Virus record (IMG/VR): IMGVR_UViG_3300048836_000042
Coordinates: 1-51,893 of that record
Length of the DNA: 51,893 bases
Source of the DNA: a virus
Lineage: Duplodnaviria; Caudoviricetes
Strand: one strand, 5' to 3'
Of the stretch, positions 1 through 9,465 are shown piece after piece. A model generated the notes under the pieces. That model searched no databases, was not told the origin of the DNA, and worked only from the letters and a program-made list of their open reading frames with translations. Position 1 is the stretch's first letter, and each line of letters begins with the position of its first letter. Both the position numbers and the translations under genes were made by a program.

Positions 1-127
1 TAGTGGTACCTGTTCCACAGTCGTCGATGCAGACCTCCCTTCGCCCCATGTACCACACCCGGTATATCTAGACGGATATATCTTTCTAGCCGATGCGGGT
101 TCAGGAGACATCTACAACTCAAATAAT
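1..127. repeat. 127-bp terminal direct repeat (copy at 51767-51893); circular-assembly overlap
   Basis: Exact identity of tagtggtacc...caaataat at both ends; it lies inside an ORF that reads in frame across the join. Confidence 0.97.
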
Positions 128-1048
128 GATGATCCTACGGCCTGGACAGCGGGTGACTTCATTAATGCAGAGATGAGCGCAGATTATATTGAAGTATTAA
201 TTCGCATTAAAAACTATATCTTAGTGATGGGTTATGACAGTATTGAGTATTTTTATGACGCCGGTATTGCCACAGGTAGCCCGCTACAGCGCAACGACTC
301 ACCATTTCAGTCTTTTGGAACTTTAGGTGGAGTATGTACGTTGGGAAATTTAGTTATATTTGTGGGGCACCAAAAGAATCAAAACCTTGGGGTGTATGTC
401 ATTAATGATTTTAAAATCAATAAAATCAGTTCGGATATTGTTGACCGTTCCATCCTGCCAGCCGGCACCACGATTAATGAAAAGAGCACTCTTACCCTAA
501 ATGTTAATGCCCACTCGATGTCCCTAGACGGCCATCATTTCTATGTTCTTAACTGCGAAAACGCCACTTGGGTTTATGATCTAGCGCATAATGAGTGGTA
601 TGAGTGGGCCGACACCACGAATGCGCCCATGAACATTGAGGCTGTTTGGAACATGCGTAACGGCCATTGCTACACAGCAATTGGATCAACAGACAAAATT
701 AAATTCTTTTCTCCAGCGGCGTACACAGATAATGGAGTTAATTTTAACTGTATTTATCGCACGGAGAAACTTGATTTTGGTACAAAAAACTGGAAATATA
801 TTAATCGGCTATTCCTTGACGTAAATCAACAGGAAGACAGTGGCACATCAAATATTGAAATTACCTGGTCGGACAAAGATTGGTCGGATACCGGGGTAGT
901 GGCAAGAAATATTAATTTGTTTAGCATCTCACCTTTTATCAATCGCTTGGGTCGCACAAGATCACGCAGTTTTCAAATTAAATATCGGGACGCATATCCG
1001 TTATTCTTAAAAGGTATGTATCTTGATATCAACGTGGGACAACACTAA
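1..1048 (+). CDS. 3' part of P22 gp10-like tail/DNA-stabilisation protein
   Basis: Frame from base 2 reads VYLDGYIFL...; also GHHFYVL, TWVYD...W.EW, WSD...W, RLGRTRSRSF, which resemble the Phage_stabilise family. Confidence 0.8.
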   Translation, partial: SGTCSTVVDADLPSPHVPHPVYLDGYIFLADAGSGDIYNSNNDDPTAWTAGDFINAEMSADYIEVLIRIKNYILVMGYDSIEYFYDAGIATGSPLQRNDSPFQSFGTLGGVCTLGNLVIFVGHQKNQNLGVYVINDFKINKISSDIVDRSILPAGTTINEKSTLTLNVNAHSMSLDGHHFYVLNCENATWVYDLAHNEWYEWADTTNAPMNIEAVWNMRNGHCYTAIGSTDKIKFFSPAAYTDNGVNFNCIYRTEKLDFGTKNWKYINRLFLDVNQQEDSGTSNIEITWSDKDWSDTGVVARNINLFSISPFINRLGRTRSRSFQIKYRDAYPLFLKGMYLDINVGQH

Positions 1049-1689
1049 TGCCGGTGGATTATTCAAAGATTCCACCACCGCCTTTTGGTGCAGAGCCCAA
1101 TGCCTACGTGTGGCGCGACTGGTATTCTAAAGTGCAACAAAGCTCTCAAATTGCCAGTGATGACGTAGATACAATTGAAACTAGGTTGACAACCGCTGAG
1201 TCAGACATTACTACACTTGAAAATGATGTAGTGGATATTGATGGCCGAGTGACAACACTAGAAGGTCTTGTTTCGCCTACAGGACCACAAAAGTTTTTAC
1301 CAGCAGTTAGCTACTTACGTGTTGGCACGTCTACTACCGGATATATTTCTATAGAAAATGATGGCACATTTGATGTAAGCAGTGACGGCGTAAGTTGGAC
1401 TCAAATACCCCATGCCAATTGGTACACACCAACTACAGCCTCTATCGGAAATAGCTATTGGGTTAGATACCGCGAGTTGTATGTCAGCGACCGAACAAAA
1501 TTGACACAAACAGGTAGCGCACTAGACACATGGTTGTCTTTAGCATCAGATAGAGCTATTGAATACGCCGCTTCCATAGTAGGTACAGATAAAGAAGTTG
1601 CTTTAATTCAAATAGAAATTTCCTCAGATAGTGGGGGAGCTACAATCGTAGGTTCCGGAGTGGCATATTTGCTATTCAATGGCAGTTAA
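1048..1689 (+). CDS. Tail needle-like protein (gp26-like coiled coil plus C-terminal knob)
   Basis: Heptad stretch IETRLTTAESDITTLENDVVDIDGRVTTLE; position after the gp10-like gene. Confidence 0.55.
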   Translation: MPVDYSKIPPPPFGAEPNAYVWRDWYSKVQQSSQIASDDVDTIETRLTTAESDITTLENDVVDIDGRVTTLEGLVSPTGPQKFLPAVSYLRVGTSTTGYISIENDGTFDVSSDGVSWTQIPHANWYTPTTASIGNSYWVRYRELYVSDRTKLTQTGSALDTWLSLASDRAIEYAASIVGTDKEVALIQIEISSDSGGATIVGSGVAYLLFNGS

Positions 1690-1705
1690 TTTGTAAGGAT
1701 AACGT

Positions 1706-1957
1706 ATGAAACTAGACAAAATTCTTCACGTCGGGGCTGGTTACGCCGTGTACCTAACTGTTGTACCCTTGGGTATGGAGTGGGCTGCTCTAGCGACGAT
1801 TGTTGCCGCCGTTGGTAAAGAAGTCTACGACAAATACTTTGGGGGCACAGTAGATCATTATGACGCTGTGGCAACAGTTGCCGGAGGTGTATTAGCTGGG
1901 GCGGTGAGCGCTGCCATCTCGAATCTTCTCTTCTCTTCTGGCGGCGCAGGGGTTTAA
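1706..1957 (+). CDS. Small membrane protein
   Basis: DKILH...GKEVYD...D motif, hydrophobic helices, AAGGA RBS. Confidence 0.6.
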   Translation: MKLDKILHVGAGYAVYLTVVPLGMEWAALATIVAAVGKEVYDKYFGGTVDHYDAVATVAGGVLAGAVSAAISNLLFSSGGAGV

Positions 1958-1958
1958 T

Positions 1959-3308
1959 ATGGCAACAAACTTTTGGGACTACGAATCTTGGGGGAACAAG
2001 TTCGACCCGTCGAAACTCGGCGGAGCACAGCAGACATTTCGCTACGATCCGTCATGGGGCGGCAGTGGCGAGAACTCGCTGGCATCGATGCTGCCGATGT
2101 TCGTGCAGCAGTCGCCGGGCGCCTTGCAGTCGCTCGGGTTGGCGGAAGCCGATCTAGGCTACGTGCCAGGCCGTTACGAACACGATTCCTATGTCGCCGA
2201 TCAATGGAACCTGAGTGATGCAGCGAAGAAGGCGCTGTCTGGTCTGTCCGTCGACGAGTTGGGCTACGGCGGCGGGAAGACGGCAAAGGCGTTGAAAGAC
2301 GGCGACGGCAACATTCTGGGCATGTCCAAACCGATCAGTCCGGCCGGCGGTGATCTGCTCGAAAATGCGATCATGGGCATCGTCGCCGCGGGCACGGGCG
2401 GAATTCTCGGGCAGGCACTCGGGTTTCTCCCTGGCGCAATGAATCCCCTACAACCTTCAACCTGGGGCGGAGCTGCAACTGCTTCTAACACTGGAGTTCC
2501 TTTTGAGCTAGGGAACATGGGTGGCGCCACGTCGCTACCTGTTTCTGGTGGTACCGCTACTGGCGCCGCTGGAAGCACCAATCCCCTATACCAACTAGGG
2601 GGTGCCAGCTTAGGCGGCACAGGTGGGGCTGCTGCCACAAGCCCGTACTCACTAGTTACTGGTAGCATGGCTCCCGGAACTACCGGAGCGCTTCTAGGTA
2701 ACACTCTGGGAGCAGCGCAAAGCGGACTCACTGCCACCGGTGCCGGACTTGGACTGACAGGACTTGGTTCTGTTCTAGGGGGCGGTATCGGAGATTCTAT
2801 TGGAGCAGGACTAGACTCAACTATCGGTAGTTCTTTAAAAGCCGCTATTCGCAAAGCTGTTGGTGGTCAGCAGGGTCAACCAGGCGGATTTAATCTCGGT
2901 AATCTCCTTGGTTCCCTTGGACAGATGTATCAAGCAAATCAGTATCAAAACAGTCTTGATAAACTGTATGGTACCCTGTCGGATACTGGCCCATACGAGG
3001 CCGCTCTTCGCCAAGAACTAGAGCGTAGGGATGCTGCCTCTGGCCGGCGTAGCCAGTACGGCCCCCGGGAAGTGGAACTACAAGCCAAGATGTATGACGC
3101 GCGCTCCAAGAATGCTACAACCCTTGCTGCATTGACTAGTAATCAGAACGCTGCTCTAGGTAGTATGCTGCAAGGCGGTATGCTTGCCAGTACTTCGAGT
3201 GGTCTACTTAATCCAAAGACTGGCGGGCTAGGACAGGTGGGGCAAGATATTTGGGACGGTATCACCGACAGTGATTGGTGGGGTGATCTCTTTGACTTCG
3301 GGGGCTAA
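1959..3308 (+). CDS. Gly/Ala-rich putative ejection (internal virion) protein
   Basis: 449-aa low-complexity ORF at the ejection-protein position. Confidence 0.6.
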   Translation: MATNFWDYESWGNKFDPSKLGGAQQTFRYDPSWGGSGENSLASMLPMFVQQSPGALQSLGLAEADLGYVPGRYEHDSYVADQWNLSDAAKKALSGLSVDELGYGGGKTAKALKDGDGNILGMSKPISPAGGDLLENAIMGIVAAGTGGILGQALGFLPGAMNPLQPSTWGGAATASNTGVPFELGNMGGATSLPVSGGTATGAAGSTNPLYQLGGASLGGTGGAAATSPYSLVTGSMAPGTTGALLGNTLGAAQSGLTATGAGLGLTGLGSVLGGGIGDSIGAGLDSTIGSSLKAAIRKAVGGQQGQPGGFNLGNLLGSLGQMYQANQYQNSLDKLYGTLSDTGPYEAALRQELERRDAASGRRSQYGPREVELQAKMYDARSKNATTLAALTSNQNAALGSMLQGGMLASTSSGLLNPKTGGLGQVGQDIWDGITDSDWWGDLFDFGG

Positions 3309-4247
3309 ATGAATAACTTAATGTACACTCCGCAGAATCTCCAACAGGTGTCACAACTGCCTCTTGGAATGTTTATGCAGGGCCTCGGTCAACTTGAACA
3401 ATTTAAACAAAACGATCAGGCCACTCTTGCTAATGTAATGGCGGAACGCCAACGTGCCTCTGAAACCCACGGTATGAATATGCGCCAAGGGGAAGCCACG
3501 TTGGCAGGAACCATGCTCGGCAATCAGAAAGCACAGATGACGAATGCGGCCACTGCTGCTACTCTTCCCTCTGAGATTCAAGCAAAGATTATCGAAAACA
3601 CCGGGAAGATGGATAAGCACCAGTTTGATATGTGGACTCGTAAAGTTGAGCGTGGTGTGGCCGAGGGAGATCCCCGTATGAAGGCTATCTGGGACAATAT
3701 GCCAGCTATCCGTACAAAACGAGAGGAGGCTGCCCAGGATAAGGAATTAGCCGAAATGGAGGACGCGACTAGGCGCCGGGGTCAAGATATGACGGCTGCT
3801 AGCGCCCGGTATACTGCTGACCAAGCAACGGCTCGTGCGGCGGCTAAGGGTGCGGCTGGTCCGCGTGTTCCTCGTTCTCCACGAGAACTCTATTCCATGT
3901 ATCAGTTTGAGGCCAACAACCCAGATCGCACGCCGGAACAACGGCAAGAAATGCAGATGCTTGCAGACAGGGAACTAGAGAAGATTGTTCAAGAGCAAAT
4001 TCTTAAAGCACAAGCCATGGGTGCCGGAAAGCCCGATGTCGCTGGTATGACACAAGGATCTATTCCAACCCGTCCGATGCCACAAGCGTCCGATATTCTC
4101 CCTAATCGTCAACCGCAACCTGCTGCTCAACCGGAACCAACAAACAAAGGACCAGCAAAAATTAGCACACAAGAAGAATACAACAAGCTTCCTCCTGGGG
4201 CTTTATATGTGCATCCTGATGGTACTGTCCGTAGAAAGCGTGTGTAA
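3309..4247 (+). CDS. Putative ejection (internal virion) protein
   Basis: Gln/Ala/Met-rich helical ORF, translationally coupled to its neighbours. Confidence 0.6.
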   Translation: MNNLMYTPQNLQQVSQLPLGMFMQGLGQLEQFKQNDQATLANVMAERQRASETHGMNMRQGEATLAGTMLGNQKAQMTNAATAATLPSEIQAKIIENTGKMDKHQFDMWTRKVERGVAEGDPRMKAIWDNMPAIRTKREEAAQDKELAEMEDATRRRGQDMTAASARYTADQATARAAAKGAAGPRVPRSPRELYSMYQFEANNPDRTPEQRQEMQMLADRELEKIVQEQILKAQAMGAGKPDVAGMTQGSIPTRPMPQASDILPNRQPQPAAQPEPTNKGPAKISTQEEYNKLPPGALYVHPDGTVRRKRV

Positions 4248-7200
4248 TGGCTTGGGGTGATATGGACGTTATTGTCTCTTTCGGGGGCAATGACGAAATT
4301 ATTGGGCAGGACGACGAGATTATTTCTCAAGAGCCTAAAAAGAAAGGTTGGACTCCACTTGAGGATATCAAGGGGACTGGCATGGCTATTGCTGACGTAG
4401 TTGGTGGTATTGGCAAGTATGCTGTAAACGTACCAGCCGCCGCTATGGCGAAGATTGTGCGTCCATCCGGAAACTTTAAAGAGTATCTAGATGCTGCTGC
4501 ACAAGAGTTGGAGAGTAAAGTTCCTTCTTTTGGAAGTTCTTTAGCGGGTAGCAACACCGCGTATAATACTATTATGAAGCCGTTTGAGGCTTGGGATAAA
4601 TATGTGGTGCAGCCTGGTGCTACCAAAGCAGGAGAACTAACGGGTAGCAAAGATGTTCAAGGTGCGGCCGAGGTATTGTTAAACTTAGCTCCTATTCCTG
4701 GGCTGGCTTTAGCCGGTAAAGGATTGGCTAAGGGGGCCGCTGCTGTTGATCCCGGTCTTCGCAATGTGGAGTATCGTAAACCAGCTTCTATTCCTGATTC
4801 TGCTAGGATCGGGGAAAATGATCCTGTTGTAGCTAAGGCTGGTGAAGACCTGGGCCCACTCACCAACGAAGCACGCCAGTATGAGCTATTCGATCAACCA
4901 GAAATGGGACGAGTGGCAAATCCGTATGAAGCAAAGCTTGGTGATTGGCGTGTTGATGAGAATGGTATCCCGATCAAGGCAGACCTTTCCATGGAACTAC
5001 AGAACCTACAGAATCCTCTTCAGATGAACCTGTGGGGAGATGAGTTACCACAAACACGCAATCCTATCGGACAGTCAGCGGATCTTATGGATGCCCAGCG
5101 TCAACTGTTTGACGAGGGTATGCAGGAGGGGATTCCTCTTACGCAGGCCATTGACAGCATGGATTGGGCTCACCGCAGGGAAGCTATCAACCGTGAATTA
5201 AAAGGCGCTGTAGAGCCCTCTGGTGCCCTCGAAGGGGCTATTGCAGAGGCTAACAGTCCGTTCCGTGGTCCTGGATCAAAACAAGCCGGGGCCATAGACC
5301 TGGATTTGCTCACTTTGGGGTTAGTGAGGCTATTCCATGGTGGAAAGGAATTTAAAATCTGGGATCCAAGTACAGTAGGCAAGGGGGAGGGAATGGCCGC
5401 TTTGGGTCCGGGCCTCTATGCCGGTGACAACGTGGAACTCGCTCGCATTTATCAGAAATATGGTAACGATATTAAAATGGACCCAGTTACTGGGGATTTT
5501 ATTACAGTTCCGGGTGTTGTTAACGAAATGGCGGTTAATCCGAAGAATATCATTGATATTCGCACGGATAAATCCCCAGAAACAAAAGCAAAAATTCTTC
5601 AGGCACAAAAAAATCTTGATGATATCGGGGCAAAAGGTACGGCGCGTGGGATCGTGTCTGCATTGCAGCAACATTGGGATCCAAACGCCGCACGAAAAGC
5701 GTTAATTGATGCCGGCATTGACGGTTTGTCAGTTCAACTAGGCGGTAAACTGGGCAAAGAGATTGTGCTTTTCAATCCAGAAGCAATCGCACAAGTGTCT
5801 CGTGTTGACACGCCGGTTGAAAAGATGGATGTTTCCAAATATCTTAGCAAGGGAATGTCCCGTTCCCAGCGCGGTGTGGTTGACTTCAGTTCCCTACCAG
5901 AAACATTCAAGAAGATCGCAGGGCTAACCAGAGAATCTCCCGAAGTGGTAAGAGCACAGAAGACTGCCATCGCTAACGCTATTACTGGTATTGAAGGTTA
6001 TCGCCCAATCAAGACACCGGAGCAAGTGGTTGCTATGGCACCACAGGCTAAAGACCTCGGTCCTCTACAGAAGTTTAATGCTGACACTTGGCGGCCCGGT
6101 ATTCGTATTAATGCTATCAATACAAACAACCCACTGATTCGTTTTGCCAGCACGGCTATCCACGATGCTTGGACTAAAGCAGAGAACTATGCCCGCGAGT
6201 ACATTACTGACAACAAAACTGGCATTGGTCCTCTTTGGAATAAACTAAACAACCAAGAGAAAATCGAAATCCACGAACTGCTAAAAGCAGGAGATCGCGC
6301 CACTAAGAAATTTACTTCAGAAGAACTCACTGAGTCAGGTTTTACTGAAAAACAGATTCGTTTCATGCGTCGTTACTATGAGATGGACGACAAGAAGTAC
6401 GAAGTCTGGAACGATTTCCGTATGCAGACTGGGCAAGATCCTATTCCGTACCGTCCGGGGCACTTTGCTGGTGTCTTCAAAGGGGACTACAAAGCACTTG
6501 CACTAGATAAAGATGGGAAAGTCATCGGTTACATTGGGACAGATACTCGTCTTGGGTTTAGCAATGCAGTAAAAGAAATCGAGAAGAAATTCCCAGGAGC
6601 TACTTTCACGCCCGTCAAGCGTGCGAAGTTGGGCGGCTATGGTCAGCGTGGAGATATGTTTAGTGGTCTTAAAGACCTACTTGCTGTCCTAGCTAAGAAT
6701 GACCCACGTATAGCAGATGTAATGCAGGCTGTGGAACAAGCGGTTGTTCAAAAAGCAGATGCTACATTCGGTGCTAACGTACACGCACTGGACAAGAAAG
6801 GCATCTGGGGTAACGAGGGCAACAAGCCGTGGAAAGATGACCCTGTTGCTAACGCCAATGAAGCTATCAAGGCATTCCTTGGTTACTGGGAAGAGGGCAT
6901 GATCTCTCACCACATGATGCCCGTGGAGGGGCAGATTTCTTCCTTGATGCAGAATCCCGCACTTGATGGGATGCCTCGCGCTAAAGATTATGTCAATGAA
7001 TATATTAAAGGAATGACAGGTCGTCACGTAGGGGACTTGGGCTCTGCTTTAAACACATTAATTGATGCCCCGTTTAAACTCACGGGTATGGGACCAAGTA
7101 TTCCACGCGCGATAGTCAACCAAACCACCAAACGCATGGGGCAGCTAACTCAGGGCTTTATGAACCTCCCATACACTGCCATGCAGTTCACACAGATTGC

Positions 7201-8569
7201 ACAGACGGGTATGCCCATCTTCTTGAAGGCAGCAGAGGGGGTAGGTAAATCCCCCGCTTCTGTGGCACAGTCTGTGGCTGCTGGTACGTCCACTTCGATG
7301 AAGCTATGGATTTCCCGCCTAACGGGGGATGATAAATATTTGAATCCTCTTGAGAAGAGAGCGGCAGAGTATGCTGAAGGCAAAGGACTTCTACAATTCT
7401 CTGAATTTGAGGAAGTGTCTCACGTCACTCAAGGGCCTGTCGCTAAGCGCGCGGATCAGATCATTGACTTCAACCGGACCCTCGGAGAGAAGGCCACTCG
7501 TCCGCACGCTTTCTTCACATTTGTGGATATCCTGAAAGACAGCAATCTGCCAGAAGCAGAACTTTTTGACACCGCCTACAACTTGACACAGGACGCTATG
7601 GTGGACTATTCCGCCCGTGAACGTGCTCCCATGTTCAAGAACCTTGGTGTCACAGGACAGCTAGCTGGGAACCTACAACAGTTTGCTCTGACTTATATGG
7701 ATCAGATTGGACGCTGGCACAAAGCAGCAGCTAAGGGAGATCCCAAACCTCTCATCGCAGGTATGACCGCTCTATTTGCTTTCGCTGGTATTGTTGGAAT
7801 GCCATTCTATGGCACAGCCGACATGATTGTGGAAGAGCTAACAGACAAGTATTACGGCGAAAAGCAGAACATTCAAACTCTAGTTATGCGTAATGGACCT
7901 GAGTGGGCCAAGACTGACTGGGCTCAATACGGTCTGGTGTCGGATTTAACTGACCTGAACATCAGCAGCCGCCTTGGTATGGCAGATGTACTGCCGGAGT
8001 CTCCATTGGATGCTGTGTCCCCATATGCTTCTACGATTGGGCGTATGGGAGAGAGTATGATCGACCTTGCCAAGAACCAGGATCCACAGGCGGCTAAGAA
8101 TGCACTGCGCCAATTCGCACCATCGAGCCTTCGTGGTGTGGTGGAGAACAAACTGTTGACAACCCCTGACGGTGTAACGATTAACAAAGAAGGGCAGTTA
8201 GACTACCCCCGTACTGAGTTTGATCGTGAAGCACGTAAGTGGGCTATGACTTCTCTTGAAGAAGCCAAGGCCAAGGAAAAGCTATATAGCAAATCACAGA
8301 GCCTGAAGGCTGACCAAGAACGTCTGACCAAAGTACAGGATAAAGTCAACCGTCGCTTTGCCAACAAAGGTGCTGAGTTTGTGGGTACTGAAGAATGGAA
8401 TGAACTCGTTAATGAATATGTACAGCGTGGTGGAGAACCACAGACTCTAGTGCAGAGTCTAATCACTAGCGAGGAACAAAGGAAGCTGACGGCTAAGCAG
8501 CGTGCGGAAGGTGTGCAACTTAATACTGTTAAGGCACTGCGCCGTTGGATGAAACTAAACGAGGATTAA
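4247..8569 (+). CDS. Large internal virion/ejection protein with an ADP-ribosyltransferase-like (ART-PolyVal-type) domain
   Basis: 1440 aa; RLFHGG..F..DPS.VGKGEG...GPGLY...ARIY...GIDG...KEIVLFNP at about 5327-5790. Confidence 0.7.
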   Translation: MAWGDMDVIVSFGGNDEIIGQDDEIISQEPKKKGWTPLEDIKGTGMAIADVVGGIGKYAVNVPAAAMAKIVRPSGNFKEYLDAAAQELESKVPSFGSSLAGSNTAYNTIMKPFEAWDKYVVQPGATKAGELTGSKDVQGAAEVLLNLAPIPGLALAGKGLAKGAAAVDPGLRNVEYRKPASIPDSARIGENDPVVAKAGEDLGPLTNEARQYELFDQPEMGRVANPYEAKLGDWRVDENGIPIKADLSMELQNLQNPLQMNLWGDELPQTRNPIGQSADLMDAQRQLFDEGMQEGIPLTQAIDSMDWAHRREAINRELKGAVEPSGALEGAIAEANSPFRGPGSKQAGAIDLDLLTLGLVRLFHGGKEFKIWDPSTVGKGEGMAALGPGLYAGDNVELARIYQKYGNDIKMDPVTGDFITVPGVVNEMAVNPKNIIDIRTDKSPETKAKILQAQKNLDDIGAKGTARGIVSALQQHWDPNAARKALIDAGIDGLSVQLGGKLGKEIVLFNPEAIAQVSRVDTPVEKMDVSKYLSKGMSRSQRGVVDFSSLPETFKKIAGLTRESPEVVRAQKTAIANAITGIEGYRPIKTPEQVVAMAPQAKDLGPLQKFNADTWRPGIRINAINTNNPLIRFASTAIHDAWTKAENYAREYITDNKTGIGPLWNKLNNQEKIEIHELLKAGDRATKKFTSEELTESGFTEKQIRFMRRYYEMDDKKYEVWNDFRMQTGQDPIPYRPGHFAGVFKGDYKALALDKDGKVIGYIGTDTRLGFSNAVKEIEKKFPGATFTPVKRAKLGGYGQRGDMFSGLKDLLAVLAKNDPRIADVMQAVEQAVVQKADATFGANVHALDKKGIWGNEGNKPWKDDPVANANEAIKAFLGYWEEGMISHHMMPVEGQISSLMQNPALDGMPRAKDYVNEYIKGMTGRHVGDLGSALNTLIDAPFKLTGMGPSIPRAIVNQTTKRMGQLTQGFMNLPYTAMQFTQIAQTGMPIFLKAAEGVGKSPASVAQSVAAGTSTSMKLWISRLTGDDKYLNPLEKRAAEYAEGKGLLQFSEFEEVSHVTQGPVAKRADQIIDFNRTLGEKATRPHAFFTFVDILKDSNLPEAELFDTAYNLTQDAMVDYSARERAPMFKNLGVTGQLAGNLQQFALTYMDQIGRWHKAAAKGDPKPLIAGMTALFAFAGIVGMPFYGTADMIVEELTDKYYGEKQNIQTLVMRNGPEWAKTDWAQYGLVSDLTDLNISSRLGMADVLPESPLDAVSPYASTIGRMGESMIDLAKNQDPQAAKNALRQFAPSSLRGVVENKLLTTPDGVTINKEGQLDYPRTEFDREARKWAMTSLEEAKAKEKLYSKSQSLKADQERLTKVQDKVNRRFANKGAEFVGTEEWNELVNEYVQRGGEPQTLVQSLITSEEQRKLTAKQRAEGVQLNTVKALRRWMKLNED

Positions 8570-8570
8570 T

Positions 8571-8951
8571 ATGATTGTAAAAGATTGGTCAAAGTACAAG
8601 AACTTCGAGAAGCATGAGTTTGACTGCAAGCATACAGGTAAGAATGAGATGCAGGAAGAATTCATGGACAATCTGCAAGCTCTCCGTGATATGTTCAAGA
8701 CGCCAATGAAGATCACTAGTGGCTATAGGGACAAGTCCCATCCTGCGGAACGAGACAAAGCGGGGATTGGTCCACATAATCAAGGACTGGCTTGTGATGT
8801 TGCTGTACGTGGTGCTGACGCTTACAAGCTGGTGGGGTTGGCTATCGGTATGGGCTTTACTGGTATCGGAGTAAGTCAGAAAGGTAACAGTAGGTTCATT
8901 CACCTGGATATGGTTAAATCCAGTATACGACCTACTATCTGGTCATATTAA
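8571..8951 (+). CDS. Endolysin, peptidase M15 family
   Basis: EFDC...ITSGYR...H..G.ACD...GIG...FIHLD zinc-peptidase motifs. Confidence 0.85.
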   Translation: MIVKDWSKYKNFEKHEFDCKHTGKNEMQEEFMDNLQALRDMFKTPMKITSGYRDKSHPAERDKAGIGPHNQGLACDVAVRGADAYKLVGLAIGMGFTGIGVSQKGNSRFIHLDMVKSSIRPTIWSY

Positions 8952-8952
8952 C

Positions 8953-8979
8953 AAAAAGGGGGCTTTAAGCCCCCTTTCT
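8953..8979. terminator. Bidirectional intrinsic terminator between the convergent arms
   Basis: AAAAAGGGGGC-TTTAA-GCCCCCTTT. Confidence 0.85.
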
Positions 8980-9428
8980 TATTTCTCCTTCATAATTAGT
9001 TTAGTGAATCCCATACCAGTGTTAGGATCAAACTTACTGGCAATCTTGACTGCCTCGTAAGGATCTTTACCACTAGCCATAGCTGCTTGTGCGAAGTGCA
9101 TACCACTACCTACTGAGAAGTGTGGTTCAGTAATCCTCATCCAGTTGTTCAACGTAGTACCGTGCATGATATAGCCTTTGTCTGTTAACACAAGCATTTC
9201 AATACCGCGACACTTTGGTTGTTTTTCTAGTGGATTATATAGCCAAGTAATAATAGGTCCGAAATTATCTGCGTTACCACAGAAGCCAATGAATGCTTTC
9301 TTGCACTCAAAGACTTCCGGCAATGGTACTTGATGGATTTTGGTTACGCCAGTCAGCTTCATTCCCGAAGCATGTGTGAACTGGCGGTCACCTGCCATCA
9401 TGTACTTGTTAACCGCGATTGTAGTTAT
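8979..9428 (-). CDS. HslV/proteasome-beta-like Ntn peptidase; probable ATA start
   Basis: (M)TTIAV...AGDRQ...GFCG...VGSG..FA.AAM..G....EAV.IA...D..TG; GGAG 8 nt upstream of ATA, and an in-frame stop two codons upstream. Confidence 0.75.
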   Translation of the reverse strand: MTTIAVNKYMMAGDRQFTHASGMKLTGVTKIHQVPLPEVFECKKAFIGFCGNADNFGPIITWLYNPLEKQPKCRGIEMLVLTDKGYIMHGTTLNNWMRITEPHFSVGSGMHFAQAAMASGKDPYEAVKIASKFDPNTGMGFTKLIMKEK

Positions 9429-9465
9429 TGCTTATACTCCGTCATCTACCCAGTCTGATCCCCAA

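Noticed and set aside
1-127. Terminal repeat as biological DTR
   Set aside because: It falls mid-gene, and 127 nt matches a common assembler k-mer size; it is best read as a circular-assembly overlap
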